Below are positions 52,001-64,000 of a stretch of 64,000 nt of DNA, one piece after another. Source of the DNA: Rhizophagus irregularis (taxonomy: Eukaryota); the NCBI RefSeq assembly GCF_026210795.1, contig NC_089434.1, positions 5,332,001 to 5,396,000 of the forward strand. The letters run 5' to 3'. The notes under the pieces were generated by a model, which made no database searches, had not been told where the DNA came from, and worked only from the letters and a program-made list of their open reading frames with translations. The position numbers were made by a program, and so were the translations under genes. Every line of letters begins with the position of its first letter. Position 1 is the stretch's first letter.

Positions 52001-53329
52001 AAAGAAATTTAAATTAATCAATAGTTTAACAGATAATCCAATTATTTATTAACATGTGTATTAAAGAAAAAGAATATATTGTTATATAAATATAAATAAT
52101 AAGTAATAAAACAATAATATTTTTTTACTTTTTAAAATTACCAATTGCATTAAAAATATTAATTATTATACAATTATCCTTTCACAAATATCTATAAAAT
52201 ACAAAAGTAAAATTATCATTATATAATTATTCAAAAATTAAAAAGTTTACTGTACTTATCTAATATATATTTTAAATTTTATTTTTTTTTTGCTTTTTTA
52301 GTTTTTACAATTATTTTAGATAATAAAATAATTGCAAAAAACTGATTTTTAAATTTAAATTTAATTGAACTTGCTTTTTTTTTATTAATAAAATCAAATT
52401 ATAACTTGTTTTATATATATTTAAAGTAATATTTAAAAATTATATAACAGTTATTCAATAACTTAAGTATATTTAAGTATTTAAATAAGCTTTTAATAGT
52501 TATTTGTTTAGCCAAATATAATATAATTAAAAATTTAATTGGATGAAATTTAACTGAATTAAAATTATAAATTATGCCAAATTTACACAAATTATTACTA
52601 TATATTAAAAAGAAATTAAATATTATTCAAATATACTTTATAAATTTAAATGATATTTGAATATATTTGATTTAAAAATTATTTCAAAGTTTTATTTAAC
52701 TCAAGTTAAACTAAATCTAAATTGGTAATTTTAATTTTAATATTAAATTATAAAAAACCTATATAATTATATTAATATATTATTAGATACAGTTATTTGA
52801 AAATTTAATCCAATTTTTTAAAAATTAAAATATTAATAAATATTTTTGATATATATTAAATTTCATTATTTATTACTATTTAGAAGTTTGGATTAATTTT
52901 CAAAAAAAAAATAAAAATAAAAAATAGTAGTAAATAGTTTTAATATCTTAAAATTCATCTTTATTAATAAAAGCAAAAAAAAATATTAGTAAATATTCTT
53001 AATTTCTTAATTACTTTTTTGCATATTTTCATATTTTGGAAAATGGATTAATTCACTATTTATTATAAAATTTACTGTAATTCATCAATTTGATGAAAAT
53101 TATAAAAATTTCTAAAGTTTAAATTGATTTTTATCAAAAAAAAAGTAAAAAAGAATATTAATAAATATTTTTGATTTAAAAAAAAAATTCCTAGAGCCAA
53201 CTTTACCTTTTATAGTATTTTATTAACAAATAAATTTTGATTAACATATGATAAAGATAATCTCTTAAAGACACATTCGAAATTTTTAAATTCGCAGCCC
53301 TTCAGGAGTTGACTTCTTATATTACTTAA

Positions 53330-54950
53330 TGCGTGGTTTAGTGCCGTCATCTTGGAAGACGTCCTTAATTTTACCGATATCAAACCACAAAACTTTAATT
53401 ATAATATTAATAATACACGCCCTATTACGCTTCTTTGATTGTATCAGAAAAGCGATCGCCAACTTGGTTACGAATAGGCTTAGCAGATAACAATGCCCTA
53501 AAAGGACTTAATTTCTGTGGATTAAAGTTGAAAGTACTATCAATTCTTACCAGTATCAAAAGACTCCAGAGAAATAAAAAGAATTATGGATAGCGGCGCG
53601 AGATAAAAAAAAGTAATAAGGTCCCGACAAGGTTTAGTGTTCAACAGGCTGGACATCATGGGGTCACTCAGAGTCGTAGACGATTATTTCTACTTGTTTT
53701 TCGAAACAAGGTTCAATTAATGTTTTACTACCAGATGGCACATCATTCACATATAACCATTGAAGAAAGCTTATGATTCTATAGGATAGAAGGATTGTCC
53801 TTAGCACTTCGATAGAATTGACGTTCCTCCGCGATGTCCGAACTTGCTTTTATCAAACACTCTTCCAAAGAGTGGAAGAAGACACAAAATTTGAAACTCG
53901 AATTCGAGAAGCTATCCAAGATGTCTTCTATTGAATTATTCATCTTTTTATGTATAGAAAAATGAGTGTCCTTACTTATATGGAACAAGTCCACAGTTTG
54001 TAGTCAACGATGAAATAGATCAGGGCGACGCACTCGATTACATGCCTACTCATCAAGAGTTAAAGTCATGTGGCAACTGACACTTGTATTTGGATAGAGA
54101 GGTAGATAGATAGATAGACAATCCTCAACCTAAACAGGAGCTATTAACAGTACGAAACAAGTTAGACATAGATTTTCAATTAATTTTAATTTTAATTAAT
54201 TGGCGTATAAAGAAATAGCATCACAAATGGGCGACATAGATTTAGAAACATAAATATCAATGGGCGCGGCTTTCATTGTTCAAGAAACTAATCAATCAGT
54301 TAACGCACGGACTTCCAAACACGAAATGCAGCAGAACACTCATCGTTAAAAGTTAACGAGTGTACACATGAACTAACTGGAAACGATCTCGAATGATCTC
54401 GAATGGGATATAACTTGGAGCATCTTCGAACAAATCAAAAGCTTCAAATGTGATTCGATGACTAAACACAAAATTTTCATATTTGTTACTAAACTATTTT
54501 ACAACCTTCTTCCTACTGCATATATGTTAAAAAGAAGGAAAGACGCGCTTTACGAAGATCTAACGTGTCCATCATGCAATTCAGCCACAGTTGAAACGAC
54601 AGCAATTGCCTGATTTATAGTAATCAAAATCATGAAATACACCGCTGCACTTATGAATTGCGGTTAATGCTGCGATTATTGCTCCGGAGTCAGCCAAATA
54701 AGTCCAAATAATTTCTCGGAAAAATTCGAACCTTTTTTCAAACAAGACATCAAAACGAGACTTCCGCGTCATATCAAAGCTGACGATGAGTAAACTCAGG
54801 ATATCAAGATCTAAGGCGCTAGCGTATTTGACGCACTTCTAGTCACACTTATTGAATTATTTAAAGAACTCGTATGGATTCTGAGATGCAAAAATATGAT
54901 CAATGGGGAGAAAGGACACAACATCGTGGTGCACGACAAAAGGGCCTCCT
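53330..54950 (+). mobile_element. Heavily deleted LINE remnant (RT, RNase H, zinc-binding tail)
   Basis: NNTRPITLL./CIRKAIANLVTNRLS, ALKGLNFCGLK, KKAYDS, EIDQGDAL (RT); MGAAFIVQETNQSVNAR (RNase H); KLFYNLLPTAYMLKRRKDALYEDLTCPSCN. Confidence 0.88.
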
Positions 54951-57900
54951 CATCACAATTTCCGAATATACATACGAACGAATCGAGCATACTTGACGTG
55001 CATATAATATATTATATAGAGATGAGAATTATATTGCTCAATCAAGTTTATAATAGTATATAAAAAGAAAAAAAAGGTTGAGTACGATGAGTCGGCGATT
55101 CTATAACATTGTGTTATAGTGTTATTTTAGTAGTAAGATTTTTTATTATATCATCAAATCAATTCATTATTTTTATTTTAATTTTAATTAAATTATAAAT
55201 TAATATTCTTTTTTTTCCTTTTTTTTTGATTACAGGTAATCTTTAAAAAGAGATTGTGTTATCGGTCATAGCTGTGATCCTATAACTCTGTGAGTTTTAA
55301 ATTTAGTAAGAATTTTAGGGTTGGCAAAGATATTGTTATGGAGGAACTGTTTCAATTTTTAAACGCGAGAAGTAGCATGACCAACAATTGCAAAACGGGT
55401 AATTGTTGCATAATTAAACTGATAATATTTTTGATTATAAAATATTCTTTGGTCAGCTTTAACAAACGTACGGAAAACCTTTATTAGACGACTAAAACTG
55501 ATGCCAGTCAGGCCAATCAGAAGAAAAAGAGCAAAAAAAACTGATGGTCAATCAGGCCAATCAGGCCCGAAAGAACTGATTAGCAAAACGTCAGGTCCAA
55601 ATATGAGGGGCTAATGAAGTCTACCTTTTTCGGTCGAAATTGGGTGTGGGCGAGTAGTGACCATTGAATAAAATAAGGGTGATGCACCTGTCGGCCCTAT
55701 TATAGTGAGATTAGTCGCATCATCAGTACAAAACCAACAAGTAAATTAAAAAAGTTGGTGGGAAGAAGGATAAGATGAAGAAGCTGATGATAATGGCGAG
55801 ATTCAATGTCTATTTTGGTAAGTATTATACATTACTTGTGTATATATATATTATTAAAAAAAAAAGATAATAATCGTCTTTTAGGATCGATATATCTTGG
55901 GTCGGATCTTTTTATATTTCTTCAGGTTGTAGGAAGGAAATTCTAGATTTTTGGGTATGTCATAAGCTATCTCGCTCTTTCCCCGATGATTTCGAATTAC
56001 ATTTCTAAACAATCTTTTTTTCTTCGTAAAGGATATATTTATTCGCATGATGTATAATGGGCATTGTACACCAATTTGGATTGAAGACAGAGTCTTCAAC
56101 ATCATCTTTGAAAGAATACAGTAAATTTTACCATTAGATTCATACATATTACACGATTAGATCAAAGTGATGATGTTATTTTCTCGTATGGAAAGACTGA
56201 AATATTTTATTGTTATACATTATATATATTAATTGATTAATTTTATTCGTTATTATTTATAATATTATAATATGGCGTAATAGATCAATACTATAGGTTT
56301 TGTTGAAACAAAAGAATTAGTATTAGCAAAAATTGGAATCATTGCCAGAGAAGGAAAAATCAAAAAGATGAATGGCGAAAAAAAACCCATTTTATTTTTA
56401 TTTTATGTATCAAAGGTTAACTAATAATTAATAAATTATTAAATCATACGGTTAAATGCATTTTTTTTTGTGATCTCATGGATTAACAGTTAATTTCAGC
56501 CATTTTAATGTTAACATTTAGCAATTTCTGAATACTAAAATTGAATAATAAAAACAATCGGAGGTTGGAACACTATACCGTGCAATGAAAAAGCCCTCCC
56601 CCTCTTTTTTGGTGCTATTGAAAAAAATCTTTTATTAAAATTGAACGACGAATTGAAAAAATTGAGACACGAAATGCAATATTACATTATTTTAACCTAA
56701 AATCAATTTATTAAAAAAATTTTGGCGTTCATTATCTTGTTTAATGATAATTTTGCTTTTGTGTTGAAAAAAGGACAACTGCATGCGTCGCGTAAAAGAC
56801 TTCACCAACAAATTAGAAAACGTATATTTTCCTTAGACTTTTCCGAACTAACTCAAATTACATTGATTATGACTATAAAAAAAAAAAAAATTTTTTTTTG
56901 AGTTTTTCCCCAAAAATTTAATGTTTAATGATGTTTAATGAAGATCTTTTTTTTTTATCATTTTTATCACTAAAATTTCCCACAGGATTGTTTTATTGTG
57001 TTTCCGAATGATAGACCGTTTAATAGTCCAATATTGGCTTATCTGTTGTTTATATATCCGTTTTGTCTCTTTAATAAGTAATTTCTTAATAAATGAATGA
57101 AACTATACTTGTAAATGTTTGGTTACAATATTCGCCTCGTTTTTAGGTGGATCTGAGTGTGTTAAAATACTTAAATATCACATCAATACAAAAATATACA
57201 TTATAATAGCAGGCAGATAATTCTGCCTGCACATTGAATATCATAATGAGATAACAACAACAACGAATAATATTTTTTTTATTTATTTTATATAACTGAT
57301 AAATACATCAGATTCAGGTATTAAACAGGTATTTATATTTTAAGATCGAGGTTATATTAGTCCGAAATATTCCGGAGGGAAAAATCATAAAAAATTAATT
57401 AAATTAATTTATACCGTTTAAAATAACGCGTATAAATTTTTTTTTTTTTTCAAATACTACAAAAATTTTTTTTCAGATTATCGTAACTAATTTGTAATTT
57501 CATTTTAAAAAGCATGAGAAAATTTTTTATAATATATAAATACATAATTAGAAATTCATGAAAGATTTAAACGAGTACCTTAAAGGATATATTTAATACA
57601 ACTAATAATGATCTAGAATCTTTAATCAGTTCTTAAATAGAAATATCTTTAATCAGTTCCTAAATAGAAATAATAACTTCACCATTTAATAACCCGATTA
57701 GGGAGAAATAGATAGAGGGTACGAATTACAAATTGATCATTTGTTAATGCAATGTGATTGTAATGTCTTTCAAAAGAACATTATTAATACAAAATCCTTT
57801 GTGCAATAGAAAGTTATAAAAACAAATTTCATTGTAACATAATAAAACTTTCAGGATTATCTTTTAATGTTTTTAAAACAAGGAAATTTACGCGGAATGA

Positions 57901-58132
57901 TGTGGAATGATTGAGTAATGTTTATTTCAAATTTCATTGATAAAATGAAATGACATTAAAAACTTACCTTTTTAATAAAAGGAATTCCGTTCCAAGTTTG
58001 TGAATATATTCTATTAGTAAATTTCAAGAATATAAAATGGGCTCCTGTTCTTGCTTGTTAATCAAAAAAAAAAATAATAAATAATAAAATTCAAAATAAT
58101 ACACTCTCTCCTTATTTTCCTAAAAACATAAA

Positions 58133-58438
58133 ATGGCAGATACAAATATCCGTGAAACTCGATATAATTTCAGACCTCGAGCTCAAATGGGAAAGATACC
58201 TAAAGTAGCCAATTGTTTTCTCATATTTAACTCCAATCTTAGGCGATCAAAGCCTAAATACGTGTCGATGCCCGCCCTCGATTTCATAAGACGCTCTTCC
58301 CACGAATGGAGGAGACTTCCGGAGAAAAGAAAGTCCTTATACCGTCGCGAATATGAGATCAAAAAATACGACCTCGAGAAGTCATTCCAGGCATCTACTA
58401 GTCCCCAATACAGTTACATGGATATTTTGAATATGTAA
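58133..58438 (+). CDS. Single-exon MATA-type HMG-box protein, 101 aa
   Basis: KIPKVANCFLIFNS..SMPALDFIRRSSHEWRRLPEKRKSLYRREYE matches the HMG consensus KIPRP.N.F..F...S...S..W+.L....K..Y. aaaATG context, TATAAAA about 100 nt upstream, AATAAA downstream. Confidence 0.85.
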   Translation: MADTNIRETRYNFRPRAQMGKIPKVANCFLIFNSNLRRSKPKYVSMPALDFIRRSSHEWRRLPEKRKSLYRREYEIKKYDLEKSFQASTSPQYSYMDILNM

Positions 58439-59694
58439 AAAGCTGCCATTTCGACAATCCCCTCCCCTTCCTTTTTCCACACAGTAATTTTAAGATAAAA
58501 GGGCTTTAAGTTTTAAAATAATTGGGCTTATGTAAATTATGCTTTAAGATTTTAATACGTTTTTTAATATATGTAAATAATATATAAATTATTAATATTA
58601 TGTAAATTTATATATGTATATAGAATATAGAATAAATAAATAAAATTGAAAGAAAGAAATATTTTATAATGAAAAATCATTTGCATATTTTTATTAATGA
58701 TATTCATATATATAAAGTATTACGTAAAATTATCTTATAAAATAACTATAAAGAAAATTGTACATAAACAACTAATTTTTTTTATATAAGGAAAAAAAGA
58801 ACAAAAATTCTAAAAAAATTTCAATACGTTAAAGTTGTAAATCACCCTTCAGGAAAAAAATAAAATAAAAAAAGTCAAAAGTTTTTAACACGTTTTATCA
58901 TTATATACACTGATAGGTTGACATATTGTAATTGTCTCCCAAATTGGTAATTTGAATTTGTTTCACCAAATTTTGATTTGGTTAAGTATCTTATTTTTTC
59001 TAAATAACTTACTTTAATTGTAGGTACCCTTTTTTTTTCTTTCAAAAATTATATTTTATAAATAGTGTTGCATAATAAGATCATTTCTTTAAAGTTAATT
59101 AACTTGTCCATTTTTGTTAAAGCCTAAAATTACGGGGATTAAATTCCGTAAAAAAAAAGCCTTTTTAATGATAATTTATACTAATAAAGACATTAATATC
59201 TAAATTTGATAGAGGCTAACTATAATTTATATTCATCACTTCTTGTATTATTAGAAGGAAAGTGACAAATGGCTCACGTGGTTATACCACATATAATAAT
59301 GTACTAACTGCGTCTTAGTTGAAAGTTGTCATATTTCTCTTATTTTTAAATTTTGTTTATAAAGGTGTGACAAATTAACGAATTTGTATTTCCTTTGACA
59401 TGATACTTCATTTAGTTTTATTCTTTATTTTAAACCCTTTTTTTTTATGGTTAATTCTGAAACGTCTATATGTATTGAAGCTTCTAATATGTATGCTTAT
59501 ATAAATTCAAAAAAAAAAAAATAATAAAACTTATGAAATTACATCTTTTACGCCATTTAATTTTTTTTAGTCTCTTTTATCTGCTCCTTTCAAAGGCATG
59601 CTTTCGTTTTCTTTATGCATTACTTGCGTAGACGCCTTTAGAACCCATTTATCAAAAGAAAATTTTTTACGCCCACGGGTTTCTGTCGAACCTA

Positions 59695-59838
59695 ATGAGT
59701 ACAAAAATGTTGTTTAGTTGGTACAAAAAATTTATACATGATACATGTTTTGGCTGGTACAAAAAAAGTTGTTTGGTTGGTACAAGAATTGTTTATACAT
59801 AATTTAAATGGTATTATACATGTTTTAGTTGGTACAAT
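59695..59838. repeat. Degenerate tandem GTT..GTTGGTACAA repeats
   Basis: About 5 copies of the (t)ggtacaa core at irregular spacing. Confidence 0.6.
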
Positions 59839-60648
59839 TATCGTGTGAATTTTTTAAATTGATGTGATACGATAATGTATGTAGTTTAACTATTAGATTG
59901 CATATACATAAATATTTTTTTAACAATGGAAACTGTATTGTGTTTTTATTGTCATACAATATGATATGATGTGGAATGTTCATGGAGATTCCGAAATTTT
60001 GAATTAGGAAATGACTTATCACACTTATCACATATATCACGTGCATATGAAATTTTTTAATTCGTTAAATGAAAAAAACGAAAAAATTATAATAATTTAA
60101 TGCCAGTTTTTAATCCATTGTATACATGAAATAGATTTAATTCTTAAGAATTTACGTTACAAATTTACAATATGGGTTGAACCTATTATTCGTTCAAGTT
60201 CCTCTAACTTCCAAATAGACATCAAATACATCAAATGTTTTTAAAACAAAATTATGATTTATTAGAATAAACAGAATTATAAAAAGTACAAATAATAATA
60301 ATAGTAAAGGGGATGAAGGGGATTATTTTAAAAGATCCATTACTTAATATAATAAATGAATAATAGCTCACGGATATATAAAAAATCGATTACTTTGTTA
60401 ACAAATGCCGGAATCTCTCATTGTCTAGTAGATTTGTGTAAGTATTTGTTAGAATACATCATCTAAAGATTAAAGAAACAAAGGGTGATACAATTCCCTA
60501 AATATACCTAATGGAATTACGCTCGTTGCAGTCCCTATTTTCAAATCCCCCAGCAATTAAAACGGAATTGTTTTTACAGAACGCGTCATCGTCTCCTTAA
60601 GGGAGAAATTAACAAATCCGGAACCTCTCAAAATTCATGATTCACAAG

Positions 60649-60862
60649 TAGTGTTTCGATCCGGATAAAACCTCAAATATTTTAACGTGGGATTATGATT
60701 AAAAAAGGTTACAAATTTCGGCTTTGAGTGGACTATAATTTCGGCCAGAATTAAAATAATATTATTCCATAAATTTTTATTAATTTTGGTGGTCCCAGCC
60801 TAAATTAACCGAGCCGGTATCCGGATAAAAACCGGATAAAACCGCTACGGATCGAAACTCTA
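60649..60862. mobile_element. 214-bp hAT-type MITE
   Basis: 8-bp TSD TTCACAAG (60641-60648, 60863-60870). TIR TAGTGTTTCGATCC / GGATCGAAACTCTA (13/14 match). CCGGATAAAA subterminal repeats. Confidence 0.93.
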
Positions 60863-60999
60863 TTCACAAGGGGGTACGCTAAAAAAACAAAGCACGGATG
60901 AGTATACGTAAGAATATATATATATATGTGAATATCTAATACAATATAAAATATATACCGATGAATGCAATATAATACCTACGAATAATCAAAAGAGCG

Positions 61000-62450
61000 T
61001 CTCATTTCATCAATCCTCAAGATCTATCTAATTCATTTATCATACTGGGAAGAACTACTCGCCTAATGATACACAGATACAGTACTATTCTGCATCGACA
61101 CCACCGTTAAGCTGGATAGTTTCATCAATTTGACCTATATTGGCTTCTTCTGTGGCGAAGATGATTGTTATGTCGTTTCATTTGACACTCCTGTTACAGA
61201 AACAATATTCTTTACTTGATGAAATTGCTAACAAATCATCTTGGATGGTGAGGCAATCGCAAAATCACCACCATCAACGATTGCATCTTCCTCATCGAGA
61301 ATCTCCTAAGTAGAATCATCTTTATCAGCAGTTATAATAGACTTAGTAGTTGTTATCACGTTTAAGGAGGAGGAAGTATGAACTGGCTTATATTTCCTTG
61401 TAGAAGTAGACTTTAATTTTAGTAGGTTTATAGCGGATTTACTCGTCTTCAAATTCTATGATAGCGTCGAGTGGTTTTTTGATTACCATGTGTTGATCTT
61501 GATGGCATCGCTCACATCATCGATTTTTGGTCAACCAAAAGCTTTTTGTTTTGACCTATATTTATTTATATGTCCAATTGACCTCCCATGAACGTAAATT
61601 ATGCAGGTGCACAAATAGAAAGGAATCTGTGATTGGCATAAGATTACATAAGATTCCGCTACCGTTGTGATCCATAGATAGATCGCCAGTAGAAGGCCCT
61701 CAGTTTCATGCGCGTATCTCGTTCTTGTCTCAACCAAATCACCATTACATTTCTTACAAAACACTGGTCCATAGTCCTAGGTTTTGTTGAATTAGCAGAT
61801 GCCGACGTAGTCTTTAATCGATTACTTTCTTGTTTGGTTTAGCCTTTTACGATAGGAAGTGGTTTGCCGAGTAAGCACATTTCTACATTTTAAGATATTT
61901 CTTTCGAGTAACTTCAACTTTTATAGAAACAGCATTGATCCCCACCGAATTATCCTGAACTTAAATTATAAGTAATATTCGTTTGTCCTCTTCTGATACG
62001 CCATCATCATCTGTGCTTTTTTGATCGAGATTGATTTAATAGCACGATTATTAGAAGATTATCTAATGCTGCTTTTTGTTCACGTTTCGTTTTCTTGAGA
62101 GGTAAAGTGGCTTTGAATCTTCATCTCAAAATCAACCATCATCATCAATCTTTGTTTTAGAGCTTCTCGGTTATTGCTTTTGGAGTTGTTTCTGTAGCAT
62201 TTCTCAAATGCCTAGTAGTAGATCTTGTTGTATTAGAGCGCTTGTGTTCTTTCCTTAGTTGTTAACATTGGTTGTTAACATTGGTTCGTATTCAAATTAG
62301 GTGGTTTTCTTCGATTAAGAGAGCGATATAGAGTAGATCTTTGAAGCAGAGATTTCTGTAAAGTAGAAACTTTGGAGCATTGTAATCAGCGAGTTCTCTC
62401 ATCTGAATACCGGCTGATTTAGGATTAACTATTACAACTAAGAACTTATT
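61000..62450 (-). mobile_element. Degenerate coding region, possibly CACTA/EnSpm-associated
   Basis: GPVFCKKCNGDLVETRTRYAHE resembles the C..C.G..V..RT...H motif I associate with the N-terminal part of fungal CACTA-like ORFs. The rest is broken by stops. Confidence 0.35.
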
Positions 62451-62849
62451 TATTGCAATATATAATTAATTATGTATTTAAAACTTTTGTTACGTACATA
62501 ATGTATATCATTTTCTTAAATCCTTTAAATTTTAGACTTTAAAGATTGTTAAGATGCTTTGGGATTCTAATTACATTAGAGCACCACTTCGGGTAGCACA
62601 ACTGCATATATGCAGATGACAAATAGAGATCAGGGAGATCAGGGTCCCTGAAATATATATAAACAGCGCGAACTCAACCATCACGAGACCAAGTAACATA
62701 AACATCACCACATCACCTGTACTACTCGATCTAGTATATGTTCTCAAGTCTCAACTTCTTCATCTTCGATTTGAATAGTGGCTGAACGCCTCTAAGTCGG
62801 AATCCATTGCCAGAATGGGACTTTTTTTTTATTTAACTTCTCCTATAAA

Positions 62850-63960
62850 TTCTATACGTTGTCACAAATCCTATTGTGAAAACTATTATTTAGTTGGACG
62901 AGAGTATGAAGCATCGATAAGTAAGAATATTCCTAAATTTATTGATAATTGATTCAAATAATTTAAATTATTTATATCAAAAATCTCACAATCTTTGTAG
63001 AAAGTTACTTCACAGTTCGAACTACAGAATCAGATAGTACTATTATTGAATTCCAACTTTAGCAACAAATACTTTTAAACGATCTATAATCAATCTTTGT
63101 TCAATGGTACTTGTTCGGGATCCTAAACATTGCAGTGACTATCGCTCATTTCTTAACATTTGGCACGACATCAGTTCAATCTGGTAATTTTCTAAAAGAA
63201 ATTACTCGCAATGATGGATCATTAAAATTATGCTGCATCATATAGAACTTTTTACATCAAATTTAAGGTAATTTTTATATCCATTTTTTTTAGATATCAT
63301 TTAATTATTTGATCTAGACCAAATAGGTTTAATTTATAATAATATTATAATTGATTTAATAGGCAAATGATGATAATTATTTAGTAAAACTATATATATA
63401 TTATCCCAGCTTAATGGATTCGTATGGTAATGAATACTTTTTTTGCATTTATGATGATTTCATATCAACATTAGCCAGAAATTATTCTGATTTTATTGAT
63501 ATTTTCTCGCAGGAAGAGTTGATAGTATTGTCATTGAAAAGCCTATTGTGAATATTATTCTTTATTTCCTTGGAAAGGATGTCGTGAACACTTTTGGAAT
63601 GACTGGACAAATAAATCCAGATTACGATTTCGCTGAAATAATCCAAATGCCTGCCAAAATCATAAAATTCTTAAGGAGAAAACGATTGGCATTTTGAAGA
63701 AGTGAAGGAAACTTGTATGAATAGGTGTTATGTTAAATGGATTATTGTTTTTTTTATTCTGATTTTAACTATTCAAGGATATCAGTTATTTCTTGATCAC
63801 GTAATATGTGTAATATGGATGGAATGTGAAATTCTTTATTGATGAAGTTAAGTTTGGTGTGACACGAGAATTATTATTTGTATTTGTAATTAAAGGAGAT
63901 GAGGAAGGTGAACGTTAAATTCTTTATTGAAGTTGATCAGGAGTGTTTAGAATTATTATT
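62850..63960 (+). pseudogene. Degenerate intron-containing gene remnant, possibly F-box/LRR family
   Basis: Fragmentary protein-like frames (e.g. HCSDYRSFLNI) with GT/AG boundaries. No intact ORF. Confidence 0.25.
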
Positions 63961-64000
63961 TTATTATTTTTTTCTTATTTTGTGTAGGCGAGGGAGATAA

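Noticed and set aside
39863..58438. A bona fide mating-type locus
   Set aside because: No homeodomain pair, pheromone receptor or conserved sex-locus flanking genes were seen in the window, and HMG genes are abundant in this group.

Overview
Very AT-rich, intron-containing eukaryotic DNA. Its gene families (MATA-HMG boxes, Argonaute, TKL-type kinase and F-box relics, RNase H-bearing LINEs) suggest an arbuscular mycorrhizal fungus (Glomeromycota); this is inferred. Most of the window is decayed transposons and scrambled gene fragments. Four genes look intact: a 3-exon CENP-W/Wip1-like histone-fold gene (12145-12561), a 7-exon TPX2 homolog with an N-terminal Aurora-binding-like motif (34321-36131, minus), a single-exon MATA-HMG gene (58133-58438), and an unannotated spliced 58-aa ORF ending in a CaaX box (40085-40356) that resembles a lipopeptide pheromone precursor. 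Also present: a frameshifted, truncated XPF/RAD1 copy; three non-collinear Argonaute fragments (PIWI, L1-PAZ, PAZ); a diverged local duplication (414-8408 vs 13630-18603) with an internal inversion and copy-specific gene fragments; hAT and Tc1 MITEs with readable TSDs; and LINE, Ty3, Tc1, Helitron and possibly CACTA remnants. All family assignments come from motif recognition by eye, with no database search.
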